The translations under genes and the position numbers were made by a program. This document shows, piece by piece, positions 10,981 through 23,965 of a stretch of 64,000 nucleotides of DNA (positions are counted from its first letter, which is position 1; every line of letters starts with the position of its first letter). The notes beneath the pieces were generated by a model. The model had not been told where the DNA came from, did not search any database, and saw only the letters and a list, made by a program, of their open reading frames with translations. Source of the DNA: Malacoraja senta (Eukaryota); contig CM075990.1 of assembly GCA_038087875.1 (NCBI GenBank), positions 7,256,001 through 7,320,000 on the forward strand. The letters are read 5' to 3'.

Positions 10981-11231
10981 GATATCCACTATAGTGCCAT
11001 CAAGATGGGCAATCCTTCCAAGCAGAGTGCTATTGGGAATGCTATGACCATCCCATGAGAACTGATGTTGGATGTGGACAAAGAATCTATACCTTAACCA
11101 TTGGTCAATGAGGGCTTTCTAGTATCTTTGATTGAAGTTCCAGACAAGACCCAGACTGAACCCAGACCCAAAAGGGTTAAGGAAGAGTACACAAATATGA
11201 ACAGGAGATATCATTTCATTATCGTTGCAAA

Positions 11232-13519
11232 GACTCTAGATTTATTGTTCACTTCTCACCCAGATTTAATTTCGGAAGTTTCATCGTGTGCTGGAATTAG
11301 CGATCATTATATTATCCAAGCAAAACTGCACACAAAGCTTAAAGTTCCTTCAAAGCCACCGCGTAAAATTTCCCTCTGGAGAAAAGTGAACAGCGAGGAA
11401 TTTAAAGTCTTAGCAAAAAAACTGGGAAAAGATTTCTTCAACCTGCAACCAGATAAAAGATCCGTAAATGACAACTGGGTGTGGCTGAGAAACTCTTTAA
11501 ATAATATTGTTACAAATCATGTTCCTCAAAAACTCATTAAGGGCCGTATGTGTCCTCCTTGGTTTTCGGCAAAACTGAAACGTCTCTGCAGTAAGAAAGA
11601 GAAGTCTTATATCCGTACCAAACAAAGGGGTACAAAACTGGACTGGGACAATTTTACTAGAGTGCAAAAGCAAGTCGATCGTGCTATTAGGAGTGCTCAT
11701 AGACAACATGTTTCTTCTATTCTTGGGGGAGAGCAACCCAAGGCTTTTTGGAGATATGTGAAATCCAGATGGACAGACAACACTGGTGTCCAGATGCTGA
11801 AAGTGAACAACTGTCTGATCACTGAGGACCAGGCGAAAGCAGAAGCTCTTGCCAACCAATTCCAACACGTTTTCACCCGGGAAGATATGGAGCCTTCATC
11901 ATTTCCAGTTCTACCGCCCAGCCCGTATGCTGATATGCCTGCTATTAAAATTGAGGTTGAAGGTGTCAAGAAATTATTGCTCAACATCAATACCACAAAA
12001 GCAATTGGACCAGATCAGATACAGAATCAAACCCTCAAGATCGCGGCCGAAGAACTGGCTCCAGTTTTGCAGTTCATTTTCCAACAATCGCTTGACTCAG
12101 GTGATGTTCCGCTGGATTGGAGGAAGGCTAACATCACTCCTCTCTTTAAGAAGGGTTCAACCACCAACCCAGCGAATTATCGTCCTGTTTCATTAACAAG
12201 TACTTGCTGCAAATTACTGGAGCATGTAATTGATAGTAATCTGATGCGACACGTGAGCAAACATAATATTCTTGCTGACAACCAACATGCATTTAGGAGG
12301 CATAGATCATGTGAGTCTCAGCTTATCCTGACGACAAATGACCTGGCCAAACATCTTGATGGTAATGTCATCACGGATTTAGTAGTGCTGGACTTTTCTA
12401 AAGCATTTGATGTCATCCCACACTGCTTCGGAAGCTTGACTTCTATGGTATTCGTTCCAACACGAAACGATGGATTTCCAGTTTCCTGACAAAACGTCTT
12501 CAGCGTGTGTGTGTCAACGGAAAGAGCTCCAATTGGCATCCAGTGTTGAGTGGTACACCTCAGGGCACAGTACTTGGCCCACATCTGTTTTTGCTTTACA
12601 TAAACGACATCCATGAAAAAGTCGCAAGCACGACCAGACTATTCGCTGATGATTGCTTGCTGTACCGTCCAATTAAGTCAGCTGATGATGAAGATGCTCT
12701 CCAAAAGGACCTCAATACAATGGTTGAGTGGTCACACCAATGGGGCATGCAGTTCAACCCTTCCAAATGTGAAACCATGCGTGTCACCAGAAAGAGGCGT
12801 CCAGGCAAAACATTGTACAATATACTTGGTACCACCCTTGAAGAATCCAAACAAACCAAGTATCTTGGCATCAAATTGCAGAATGACCTGCGTTGGAATG
12901 GTCAGACTCATCATGCAACGGTGAAAGCAACAGGTGTCCTAAATTTTCTGAGGCGCAACTTTCATCATTGTTCAACTTCTGTCAAGGAGAAGTTATACTT
13001 CACCCTCGTTAGACCTCATTTGGACTACGCAGTTGCAGCATGGGACCCATACACAAATAAAAACATTTCTTCCATCGAACGTGTCCAAAGACAGGCAGCT
13101 CGATTTGTTACTAACACCTATGAGAGAGAAGCGAGTGTTACCAAACTTCTGAACCCTCTCCAAGACAGACGTGAAGCTCACCGTTTGACCTGTTTTTACA
13201 ACATGTTAAATGGTCAGCTCAACATAAATTACAAGACCTACACCAAACCCAAACCAATTAGGAGCAGACGAGGACATTCGATCCAATTTGAGATTCCAGC
13301 TGCCAAGACAGATGTGTACAGCAATTCATTCTTCCCCCGCACAATTAAAGCATGGAATAATCTTCACCCTACCATAGTGACCCAACTAGATGCAACTAAA
13401 TTTAAGGTAGCTCTTTCTTCCCAAAAACTCTTTCTGGCTTAAGTCCACCCTCCACCACCTCCAGTTTAAATTCCATTTGGAATATTTTGGAGGACCAAGA
13501 AACCAAGAAGAAGAAGAAA
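11232..13519 (+). mobile_element. Divergent CR1-group LINE: end of APE domain plus RT, one frameshift
   Basis: LDLLFT..ISDH (APE end), NYRPVSLTS, LDFSKAFD, PQGTVLGP, FADD, SFFPRTIKAWNNL. Frameshift near 12421 joins ORFs 11101-12489 and 12507-13442. (AAG)n tail at about 13505-13519. Confidence 0.9.
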
Positions 13520-13559
13520 CTACATACAAGAACAGTGATTCAGTAAGGAGTTCATTGAG

Positions 13560-14112
13560 TTGTAATAATTTGAGGAAGGACATCCTTGTGATTGAGGCAG
13601 TGCAGCGTAGGTTCACCAGATTGATCCCTGGGGTGGCGGGACTGTCATATGAGGAAAGATTGAAAAGACTATGCTTGTATTCACTGGAGTTTAGAAGGAT
13701 GAGGGGATCTTATAGAAACATATAAAATTATAAAAAGACTGGACAAGCTAGATACAGGAAAAATGTTCCCAATGTTGGGCGAGTCCAGAACCAGGGGCCA
13801 CAGTCTTAGAATAAAGGGGAGGTCATTTAAGACTGAGGTGAGAAAAAACGTTTTCTCACCTCAGAGTTGTGAATTTATGGAATTCCCTGCCACAGAGGGC
13901 AGTGGAGGCCAAGTCACTGGATGGATTTAAGAGAGAGTTAGATAGAGCTCTAGGGACTAGTGGAGTCAAAGGATATGGGGAGAAGGCAGGCATGGGTTAT
14001 TGATAGGGGACGATCAGCCATGATCACAATGAATGGCGGTGCTGGCTCGAAGGGCCGAATGGCCTCCTCCTGCACCTATTTTCTATGTTTCTATGTTTCT
14101 ATGTTTCTATGT
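13560..14112 (+). mobile_element. CR1 3' fragment
   Basis: RKDILVIEAVQRRFTRLIPG motif and (CTATGTTT)n tail. Confidence 0.9.
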
Positions 14113-14562
14113 AATAACTTCTACTTTGATTGCCAACTTTCACACCGAATGTACAGGAGTATTACTGTGAAAATAAATGCAAGCAGCTTTGGTATTCTTC
14201 TTATTCAACAGAGGTCTCAAATAGTCTCGAAGCAAATGCAGTATTTGTTAACAGTTTTAGGAACAAGTCACCAACCACTCCTTTACATTCATGTAACGTG
14301 GCTTATTCTACAGAGAGTGCATGTGAGAAAGAAAGTGAGAATTGATTGAAAGTCATTCAAAGTGGATTGGTGGGAAGCAATGGATTCATTTCCCACTACT
14401 GACCAACCATGCACAAGAGTGCATGTTGTGGTCAACAAAAATAGCTCAGTTCCGAATCTGTGACTCAGTCTTGATCTAATTTGATTGCATTGTGTCATAC
14501 ATATGCTCATTCCTTCATATCTCCATATTCTCAAGCGAGAATAGTCAAGGAAGATACAAAGT

Positions 14563-14590
14563 CTGAAGAAGGGTCCTGACCCGAAACGTC
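14563..14590 (+). ncRNA. Intact minimal hammerhead motif in a PLE terminal repeat
   Basis: CTGAAGA-A-GGGTC-CT-GACCC-GAAA-CG-TC. Confidence 0.7.
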
Positions 14591-15623
14591 ACCTTTCCAT
14601 GTTCTCCAGAGATACTGCTTGACCCGCGGAGTTACTCCAGCACTTTGTGTCATTTTATTTAGGTCCTTGCATCCGCAATAGTTAAGGAAGCTCCTGCTGT
14701 GGGGATATTCAAAACCCAGTGTGAAATATCACTGCTCCAGTTTCTTATTGAACCAGTAAACAACTTTGCACAATACCACAGCATAAACATCTGCAATTCT
14801 CATAGGAACAAACTGCGCCTTGTGCAAGCAAATTGGCTTCCAGCGTCTAAGCACTTTCATGTTCTTATCCCCCCAAACAAGCTCACATAAGTAGACACAA
14901 AATCTCTGGAGAGAAGGAATGGGTAACGTTTTGGGTTGAGCCCCTTCGAGATCCTTCTTCCTCTTTCACATAAGTAGAGGTGGTAGCCACTATACAGCCC
15001 ATAATACAATCAGGATATATTATTTCAGAATGAGCAGTATCAGTGCTTGCCCTATGTTTGCATTGATTGCATAATCCTGCCACCAAAGAACCAAGTCTAG
15101 ATGTAAACTCCTAGTGTCAGTGTGAAGAAGGGTCCTGATCTGAAACTTCACCCGTCCATGTTCTCCAGGGGTGCTACCTGTCCCACTGAGTTACTCCAGC
15201 ACATTCCATCTTTTATTTGAAAACCAGCATCTGCAGTTTCTTGATGTAAACTCTTTGATCATGAAGTTGTGGCTGTCGAATCTGGAGTCAATCATTCCAG
15301 GAACTGATTTGACATCAAGGCAGACTCCAATGAACTGAATTAATAGTTGTTGCATATTAATAAGGTGTATTGGCTGGGAAATACATCCATAAATTGTAAT
15401 GGGTGTTCCTCGACTCAGACGGTGGCTTGAATAGTTGAAAGCAGCCTGTTCTAATTTGACCGGTATATACAGTATGTGTGTTTATATTGCAATGGTAATA
15501 CACAGCAGAGACACGTGTTGTGCTGGCTTCCATCCCAAGGTCAGAAATGGGTGCTTAACTTCAGTGTTTAATCCCATTCACACCTCCTCAGCAAATTAAG
15601 TAGTTCACGATACCATATGGTAC

Positions 15624-16282
15624 AATAGAACTTTATTTATCCCAGGTGGGGATGTGATCTGCCATCAGTCATAAAGGATTGGCGATGTGCAAAGATTGGG
15701 GAAGGGGAGTCAGTCTACCCCACGACAGAAGGGGGAGGAGTTGTGTTTGATAGCCACAGGGAAGAAGGATCTGGCATTCTGTACTGCATCTTGGTGGAAC
15801 CAGTCTGCTGCTGAAGGTACTCCTCAGGTTGACCAGTGTGTCATGGAGAAGGTGAGCTGTATTGTCCAGGATGCTCCGCAGTTTGAGCAGCATCCTCCCC
15901 TCCAAGACCACCTCCCATGAATCCAACTCCTCCCCCAAAATGGAGCCAGCCTTCTTGATGAGTTTGTTAATCTTATTGGCGTTCACGGCCTTGTGGCGTA
16001 GCAAACTAAGGCGAAGAAGCATGCACTGGCTACCACCGATTGGTAGAACATCTGCAGCATCTTACTGCAGATGTTGAAGGAGCGGAGCCTATTCAAAAAG
16101 TACAGCTGGGCTCTGTCCCTACTTGTACAGGGCCTGGACCAGTCCTGTTTACTGTCCAGGTATAATACAAGGTACTCCAAGGTAAACTGCACATCCACAC
16201 CATTGATGGAGACAGGGGACAGGGGTGTTCCTCTCCGCCTAAAGTCCACTACTAACTCGTTAGTCTTGTCTGTGTTGATCTT
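15624..16282 (-). mobile_element. Rex1/Babar LINE 3' portion, degraded
   Basis: KTNELVVDFRR, LYFLNRLRSFNICSKMLQMFYQSVVAS and INKLIKKAGSILG motifs. Confidence 0.85.
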
Positions 16283-16888
16283 ATATTTATATTCCAAAGG
16301 GCGATCCAATTTATTGGGTAATTAGTTACATTTTGAGGGCTTGAGAACGATTTCTTTCTCATTAAGAGATATTTTCTTCTGTTTCAGAGCTTCAATGGAT
16401 TAAAAGAAACATAAATATACCTTTTATGTATTTATGTAAATATATCTGAATATATCTATTATGTATAATACATAACTTTTATGTATTATGTATCTATTAA
16501 CAATTAATAGATGCTAAATTACGTTGTTAATATTCTGATGAATAAGCTGGAATAGTTTGAATTTGATGAACGCATTGCATAACAGATTTGGAGATTCAAG
16601 ATTTAGATTGGAAACCCACTTTGATTAACCTATAACATAATTTAAATATAATTTGGAAATTTCCCTTAGGAACCGAAGGAAAGATTTGCTGAACCCTATT
16701 TTGTTTCTGAACTGCACATATTAAGTGAACGTTTTGTTCATTGCTTCAGGTGGAAATAATGAGCAGAGTTAGTGCCAACAGGGATATTAAGCATCTCTCC
16801 GCCTTTGAATGATCTGTCACTCACGTTCACACGTCCACAAAGCAATTGTCAGCCGATTTATTTATGGAATGGACACAAAATGCTGGAC

Positions 16889-17213
16889 GGGCGGCATGGT
16901 GGCACAGCAATGGAGTTGCTGCCTTACAGTGCTTGCAGTGCCAGAGACCTGGGTTCGATCCCGACTACGGGTGCTGTCTGTAAGGAGTTTGTACGTTCTC
17001 CCCGTGACCGCGTGGGCTTTCTCGGAGATCTTCGGTTACCTCCCACACTCCAAAGACGTACAGGTTTGTTGGTTAATTGGCTTGGTATTAGTGTAAAGTA
17101 TCCCTAATGTGTGTAGGATAGTGTTAATGTGCAGGGATTGCTGGTCGGTGCAGGCTCGGTGGGCCGAATGGCCTTTTCCCGTGCTAAAGCTCCAATCTAA
17201 ACTACACTAAACA
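16889..17213 (+). mobile_element. tRNA-derived SINE (HE1/V-SINE-like)
   Basis: GGCATGGTGGCACAGC head, B box GTTCGATCC, (TAAAC) tail. Confidence 0.85.
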
Positions 17214-18258
17214 AAACTCAGCGGGCCAGGCAGGAATGGGCGACGTTTCGGGTTGTGATCCTTCTTCAGAGCTCACCAGTACAGAACTTTCACTGCAAAC
17301 GTGAAGGAAGATCAGGGATCATCAGGTAGCATTTAAGATCCAAGAGTGTTGAATGACACTTCAGGTCCTAATTTTCCTGCTTGATTTTAATGCAGATGCA
17401 GCTGCTTCAGGTAAATCAAGGTTACAGCAGAGGATGGACAAACCTGGATTAGGATCTCTGGAGCATCGGAGGCTGGGGTGACTTGATAGAAGTGTATAAA
17501 ATTATGGTCGGCATTAGACAATTTAATTTGTGGGAGACTGGCAGATCCCACCATGGTAGATAGTAATCAGAGACTTTCTCTCAGGATGGCATAGCTTAAA
17601 GGTGAGAGAAGGACACTACAAAGGAGATATGTGAGGTAGGTTTTTTCATATAAAGCATGGTGGGTGTTTGGAACATGCTGCCAGACGAGGTGGGACAAGC
17701 AGATGTGAGAGCCGCGTTTAAGAGATATTTGACAATGTTTGGTGGAGAAGACGATGGGCCGAATGGCCTAATTCTGTCCTATCACATATGGACCGATGAC
17801 ATAGATATACACATGAACAGGCAGGAAATAGAGGGATATGGGTTTTACGTAGTGAGATGAGGTTAGATTGACATCATAGTTGGTGCATATGGTGAGCCAA
17901 AGAGCCTGTTGTGTTTTACTGCGCTATGTCTATAGTTTGTTTATGTTGCACCTCCGTTAAACAGAGGTTTAATTTTTACAAATTGTACATTTAATTTTAT
18001 TTTACATTTGCGAATAGCAGATGGAACTGTGGAATAACTGCTAAACTGGGACAGTAAATGAGTGTGAAAATCACACAGGTTGGTCTATTACATTGCTAAT
18101 ATGTGTCTTAATATGTGCTCAGTTTTGATTGACGCCTCATACAAATATGTTAGCTTCAGCTTTGAAAACATCAACTGATCCATGGTTCAAGGAGGATATT
18201 TGCCTCTAATGCCCAACGATACTCACGTGAGAATATTGGACATCATTTACATTGAAGT

Positions 18259-18764
18259 TACAGAGAAAGGTTGAACAAGTTAGGTCTTTATTCTTTGGAG
18301 CGCAGAAGGTTAAGAGGGGACTTGATAGAGGTCTTTAAAATTATGAGCGGGTTAGACAGAGTGGATGTGGATAAGCTTTTCCCATTGAGAGTAGGGAAGA
18401 TTCAAACAAGGGGACATGACTTGAGAATTAAGGGACAGAAGTTTAGGGGGAACATTAGGGGGAACTTCTTTACTCAGAGAGTGGTAGCTGTGTGGAATGA
18501 GCTTCCAGTGGAAGTGGTGGAGGCAGGTTCGATGTTATCCTTTAAAAATAGATTGGATGGGTATATGGACGGGAAAGGAATGGAGGGTTATGGTCTGAGT
18601 GCAGGTAGATGGGACTCGGGGGAAGTATTTTATTTTTAATTAAAAAAAAAAATTTAAAAAAAAATAATAATAATAATAAAAAAAATTTAATGTTCGGCAC
18701 GGACTTGAAGGGCCGAGATGGCCTGTTTCCGTGCTGTTATGGTTATATGGTTATATGGTTATAT
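18259..18764 (+). mobile_element. CR1 3' fragment
   Basis: ORF 18271-18639 LGLYSLERRRLRGDLIEVFKI and (TATATGGT) tail. Confidence 0.9.
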
Positions 18765-19393
18765 GACCTCTGCACAATTGGCCCCATTCTCTTCCAATAC
18801 CAAGTGGCACAGGTTGCTCCCGATAATGTTTATCAACAGAGATATAAAACAAATGAGTTCAGCGACACTTAAGTGGTGTCTGGAAGGTAAAGCATAGCTT
18901 GATTCAATAATCTTGTAGAAAGCATACAAATAACAGTATTATTGAATCTCCATGCCTTGTGTTTTACCAAGTAAGTACTTTAGTGGAGTTTATTGTCATC
19001 TGCACCGAGGTACAGGGTAAAGCTTTTGTTGCGTGCTAACCAGTTGGCAGAAATACATGATTACAATCGAGCCATCCACAGTGTGCAGATACATAATAAT
19101 GTGGATAACGTTTAGTGCAAGATAAAGCCCAGTAAACCCAGATGAAAGATAGTCCATTTTCTTCCATGGGTCTTTGTGTTGGATTTTATGGTGTGGAACC
19201 AAGATTAAATCATGTGAGTGACAAAATACTAAAGAAAAGAGAAGGCAACTAATGGGTGAAAAGCATCAAGTGTATCCATCAACACCAGAGACATGGATTT
19301 GATCCTGACTACAGGTGCTATCTCTACAGAGTTTGTACGTCCTCGCCGTGACCACGTGGGTTTTCACCAGGTGCTCCGGTTGCCTCCAACACT

Positions 19394-19786
19394 CCAAAGA
19401 CCACTACTTATAAATGCAATGGGCTGACGTGTAGTATGCAACGGAGCGGAACATGGGCCTTTTTTTCATCCATTTCAGTAACCCGACCCGACCCGACCCG
19501 ACCCAACTCGCAGTGTAATCAACGTTGGGGGGGAACAGTTTGGTTAATAAATTATAATTCTGAAAATGAGGAGAAGATTTTTACCAAAGAACTTTTATTT
19601 TTATGAGGATGTTTCCGTAACCGGCTTCCGTCTCCGCACTAGTATCTTTGCTCCGCTACGGGATCATTGGTGCGGAGACGGAAGCCGGTTACGGAAATGG
19701 GGCCGAAAATTACCCATGAATCTGCCCATGACCGTACTACGTCTTTTTCGTCGAGTGGACTATCTTGCTTGCTATAGGATCTTTGG
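19394..19786. mobile_element. Probable non-autonomous DNA transposon with internal 28-bp inverted repeat
   Basis: Ends CCAAAGA...TCTTTGG. Perfect inverted repeat 19612-19639/19670-19697. (ACCCG)n run. CpG-rich relative to its flanks. Confidence 0.55.
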
Positions 19787-19805
19787 TTTCAATGTGGCAA
19801 ATTTG

Positions 19806-20121
19806 GTGGCACAGTTGGTAGAGCTGCTGCCTCACAGCTCCAGAGACCCCTGCTCCATCCTGACCTCAGGTACTGTCTGTGTGAAGTTTGCACGTTCTCC
19901 CTGTGACTGCGTGGGTTTCCTCTGGATGCTCCGGTTTCCTCCCACATCCCAAAGACCTGCGGGGTTTGTAGGTTAATTGGCCACTGTTCAAAAAGCAAAA
20001 TTGCCCAGCGCTTGTGCAGGGAGTAGATGAGAAAGGGGGATAATATACGTAGAACTAATGTCAATGCATGATCAGTGGACTGAGGACCAATGGGCCTGTT
20101 TCCATGTTGTATCTCCAAACT
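19806..20121 (+). mobile_element. tRNA-derived SINE, related subfamily
   Basis: GGTGGCACAGTTGGTAGAGC head and shared central domain. Confidence 0.75.
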
Positions 20122-20662
20122 AATGTAACCAGAAAGCTCTGAGTATACAGTCCATCAGCATTCTCAAACAATGATATTTTCTGTCTCAAGACTCAAATTT
20201 ATTGCGGCCAATTTTGGTCTCGGATGATGGAAATAAAGCTCTACTTGGCAATGGCGGTAGGATAAAAGTGCCAAATACCAACATTAATCGTTACCGCTAG
20301 ACCTGATCCTGGGCACGATGCTGGGCCATTTACAGATATTGATAGCAAGTCATATCAGAAAGCTATAGCCTCTCACAAGATCATCACAATGCATCATGAT
20401 ATGTGAGTATTTGTAGCTTCATCCTGTGACCTTGTAGGGAGGACAATAATAAGTGGAAGCTATCATTGGATTTCTGGTCTGTGGTTGCTGAGAATCTGTT
20501 CTTTCCTCCACCAGTCTGTGTTGGATGTCACAATGCAGCTGAAATTGTCAAGCAGTTTTATCAAGTGTTTTCTTCCTCACCATCAAATGGTTCCTGTACC
20601 CAAAGGGTGAAGCAGAAATACAAAGGAGAAAAGGTGTTCACAGAATGGGCCATTATGGACTT

Positions 20663-21001
20663 GGTGGCATGGTGGGGCAACGGTTACAGCTCTGCTTTAC
20701 AGCGCTGTAACCGTTGCTGCCTTCCAGCGCTTGCAGGGCCAGAGACCTAGGTTCGATCCTGGCTATGGGATGCTTGCCTGTACGGAGATTGTATGTTCTC
20801 CCTGTCACCGCGTGGGTTTTATCCGAGATCTTCGGTTTCCTCCAGCACTCCAAAGACGTAGAGGTTTGTAGGTTGATTGGCTTGGTACAAATGTAAAAAT
20901 TGTCCCTAGTATGTAGGATAGTGTTGATGTGCGGGGATCGCTGGTCGTTCGGACTCGGTGGGCCGAGGGGCCTGTTTCCGCGCTGTATCTCTAAACTAAA
21001 C
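20663..21001 (+). mobile_element. tRNA-derived SINE
   Basis: B box GTTCGATCC, central domain, TAAAC tail. Confidence 0.85.
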
Positions 21002-21309
21002 TCCACCATTTCTGAGGTCATCTGTTGTCGACCCTGTTTTGTTCCTGCCTTTTCTCGCCTCCAGTTCCCTTCTCCCCCTACCCACCAACCCCACCTTTAT
21101 CTGAAGAAGGGTTCAGACCTGAAACCATATCACCTATTCCTTTTCTCCAGAGATGCTGCCCGACCCTCTGAGTTACTCCAGCAAATTGTGTCCATCTTCG
21201 TCACTGCAGAAAGGTTGGACTGCGAGGGTGAGACTGCTCTCAGGTCAGCCATGATGTTATTGAATGGTTGAGGAGGCTCGAAGGGCCAGTCGACTTCCGC
21301 TCAATTCAT

Positions 21310-22560
21310 ATAGAACGTAAATCATAGTGCAGCACAGCAACAGTCCCATCGCCCCACAATGTTTGTGCTGAACACGATGCCTCGTTAAAATGATCTTATC
21401 TGCCAGTGCATAATCCATATCCCTCTATTCCCTGCAATTCCATGTGCCTATGCAAGAGCTTCTAAAACACCAATATCATATCTGCTTCCATCACCACCGC
21501 TGGCAATGTATTACAGGCCCCCACCCTCTCTGTTGCTTGCTCTGCACATCCTCATTAAACTTTCCCCTCACATTATAGCTATGTTATACCCTCTAGTGCT
21601 GGGCATTTCCACCCTGAGAAAATGTGTCATCCATTTAAGCCTCTAATAATTGTTTATGCTTCATCGAGTCTCCCCGCAACCTCCAACATCCCAGAGAAAC
21701 CAGTCCAAGTCTATACAACCCATTGTGTTTAAGAAGGAACTGCAGATGCTGGAAAATCGAAGGTCGACAAAAGTGCTGGAGAAACTCAGCGGGTGCGGCA
21801 GCATCTATGGAGTGAAGGAAATAGGCAACGTTTCGGGCCGAAACGTCTGGAGAAGGGTTTCGGGCCGAAACGTTGCCTATTTCCTTCGCTCCATAGATGC
21901 TGCCGCACCCGCTGAGTTTCTCCAGCACTTTTGTCTACACAACCCATCTCTGTAGCGGAAACCCTCTAATCCAGGCAACATTCTGTAAACCTCCTCTGGA
22001 CGCTTCCCAGAGCCTCCACATCTTTCCTGCAATGGGGCAACCAGAACTGCATGCAATACTCCAAATGTGGCCCAACCAAAGTCCTATCGAACTGCATCAT
22101 AACTTCTTGGCTCTTGAATTCAATGCCCCTAGCAATGAAGGCAAGCTCAACATACGCCTTCTTTACCACCCTATCTACTTGTGCTGCCATCTTTAATTGC
22201 ACTGAACTTTGACTCCAAGATCCCTCTCCACATCAATGCTGTTAAGGGTCTTTCCATCAACTGTATACTCTCTTGTTATATTCAACCTTCCAAAGCTGTC
22301 TGTGTGGAGTTTGTACGTTCTCCCTGTGACCTGCGTGGGTTTTCTCCAAGATCTCCGGTTTCCTCCCACATTCCAAAGACGTACAGGTTTGCAGGTTAAT
22401 TGGTTTGGTAAGTGTAAAAATTGACCCTCGTGGGTGTTATGTGCGGGGATCGCTGGTCGGCGTGGACTCAGTGGGCCGAAGGGCCTGTTTCTGTGCTGTA
22501 TCTCTAAGCTAAACTAAACTAAACCTCACACTTGCTCGGGTTAAAGTCCATCTGCGATTT
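21310..22560 (-). mobile_element. Degraded CR1 interrupted by a PLE palindrome and a SINE fragment (22295-22523)
   Basis: AFIARGIEFKSQEVM..PHLEYCMQFW at 21966-22202. Confidence 0.8.
21724..21938. mobile_element. Palindromic PLE terminal-repeat insertion with TSD
   Basis: ~74-bp inverted arms 21763-21836/21865-21938. TSD ACAACCCAT at 21715-21723 and 21939-21947. Confidence 0.85.
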
Positions 22561-22789
22561 CTCTGCCCATAACCGCAGCTGATTTATGAGGATTCTGATA
22601 ATCCAGGCCTGCAATTTCTCATTTCCCACATTGGACAATCTGCCATTAGGTTTTAACTTAATGCTCTCCATGAGGTTTCCATAATGTGTCAAAGAAAGCA
22701 TGTGATCCAAAAACAAATGCCTGAACTGCCTCGAAACTGGTGTTGAAATGTTGCCATTTCCGTGCCAAGGGGAAAGATGCCTCGGTCCT

Positions 22790-23028
22790 GCAACCAAACC
22801 TGCTCATGCCCGGGACCCCGCACCCAAACTTGCTCGCACCGGGGCTCGGCATCCAAACTGCTCACTACTTGGCTCCGCAACCAAACGTGCTCACGCCCAG
22901 CCCTGCATCCAAACTTGCTTGTGTCTGGGCCTGCACCTAAACTTGCTCGCCCTTCGGCCCCCGCACCCCAACTTGCTCGTGCCTTGGCCCCCCGCACCCC
23001 AAACTTGCTCGTGCCTTGGCCCCACATC
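22790..23028. repeat. ~30-bp GC-rich minisatellite
   Basis: Unit about CCCCGCACCCAAACTTGCTCGTGCCTTGGC, roughly 8 diverged copies. Confidence 0.8.
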
Positions 23029-23183
23029 CACACACTTACTACTTTTTCCTCCACACAACAGTTCCCATTAGAGCTCTGAGGTACCGTACAATTTTTGATC
23101 TCCTCTGTCATAACGTTGATGCAGCTGAGAAGCCTCGGGGCAATGCTTGGCATTTACTGCGCATTTGCCATTGTATCTCATTT

Positions 23184-23965
23184 TGTAAATAGCTCCTTCT
23201 AAGCTTCCCCCCAGTCTAGTTTCAGTCAATAAAATACTGAGTCAAGCACTTGCGCATCTAAACTTTATTTTGGAAGAACACTGTTCCCCACTACTATACC
23301 TAACCACCGTGGGTTCGACCCATGTATCTGCTTGGCCAAGCCCTTCTAGCCTCATGCAAGCAGAGACTCTCCAAAAGGTCACACAGTCCCAAGCGCTCTT
23401 CCAGAAGATCGACACAGGACCTCGTGGGAGCTACCTTTTATAGGTCCCCGAACCTTGAGGGGCCGAACCATATGGGGGTGCTCTCTTTACAGTCCAATAA
23501 CAGATATCGATTAACACAGTACATGATAGACATTTCTCTAACCCAATAATACAGTAACTAATACAATGTATTTGGAAGAAAGTTCTCGAAGGAAGCAAAC
23601 AAGAATAAACATTGAAATATGTGCCCTGAGATTCAAACGGTTTCTCCAAGGGTCAACAGTTCAACCAATCATCAACCAACAGGATGACCATCTTGCAACA
23701 TGATTTATACTATTTACAATGCCCTTGCAGCGATCCAATCGAAATGATGCATTTAGGGTTCGTTTGCAAAACTGCTATACATGTTATCAATTTAGGAGAA
23801 ACAAGGAGAACACCTGGACCCCTCACCATCCTGCATACCAGTCTGAGCCTAGACTGGCTGGCGCCATCCAAAGCCTGTAAGTTTCAGCTGGCAAGGGTTA
23901 AGCAATTCTGACAAGTGCAGGGATCCTCCATTTTTATGGTGTCTTTATGTTGGCCAATATTAACA
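23184..23965 (-). mobile_element. Solo LTR (782 bp)
   Basis: TGT...ACA ends, TSD ATTT (23180-23183, 23966-23969). Minus-strand TATAAAA at 23436-23442 and AATAAA at 23264-23269. Homologous to 52697-53481. Confidence 0.85.

Noticed and set aside
11101..11231. N-terminus of the 462-aa ORF
   Set aside because: Appears to be read-through from flanking DNA upstream of the 5'-truncated LINE.
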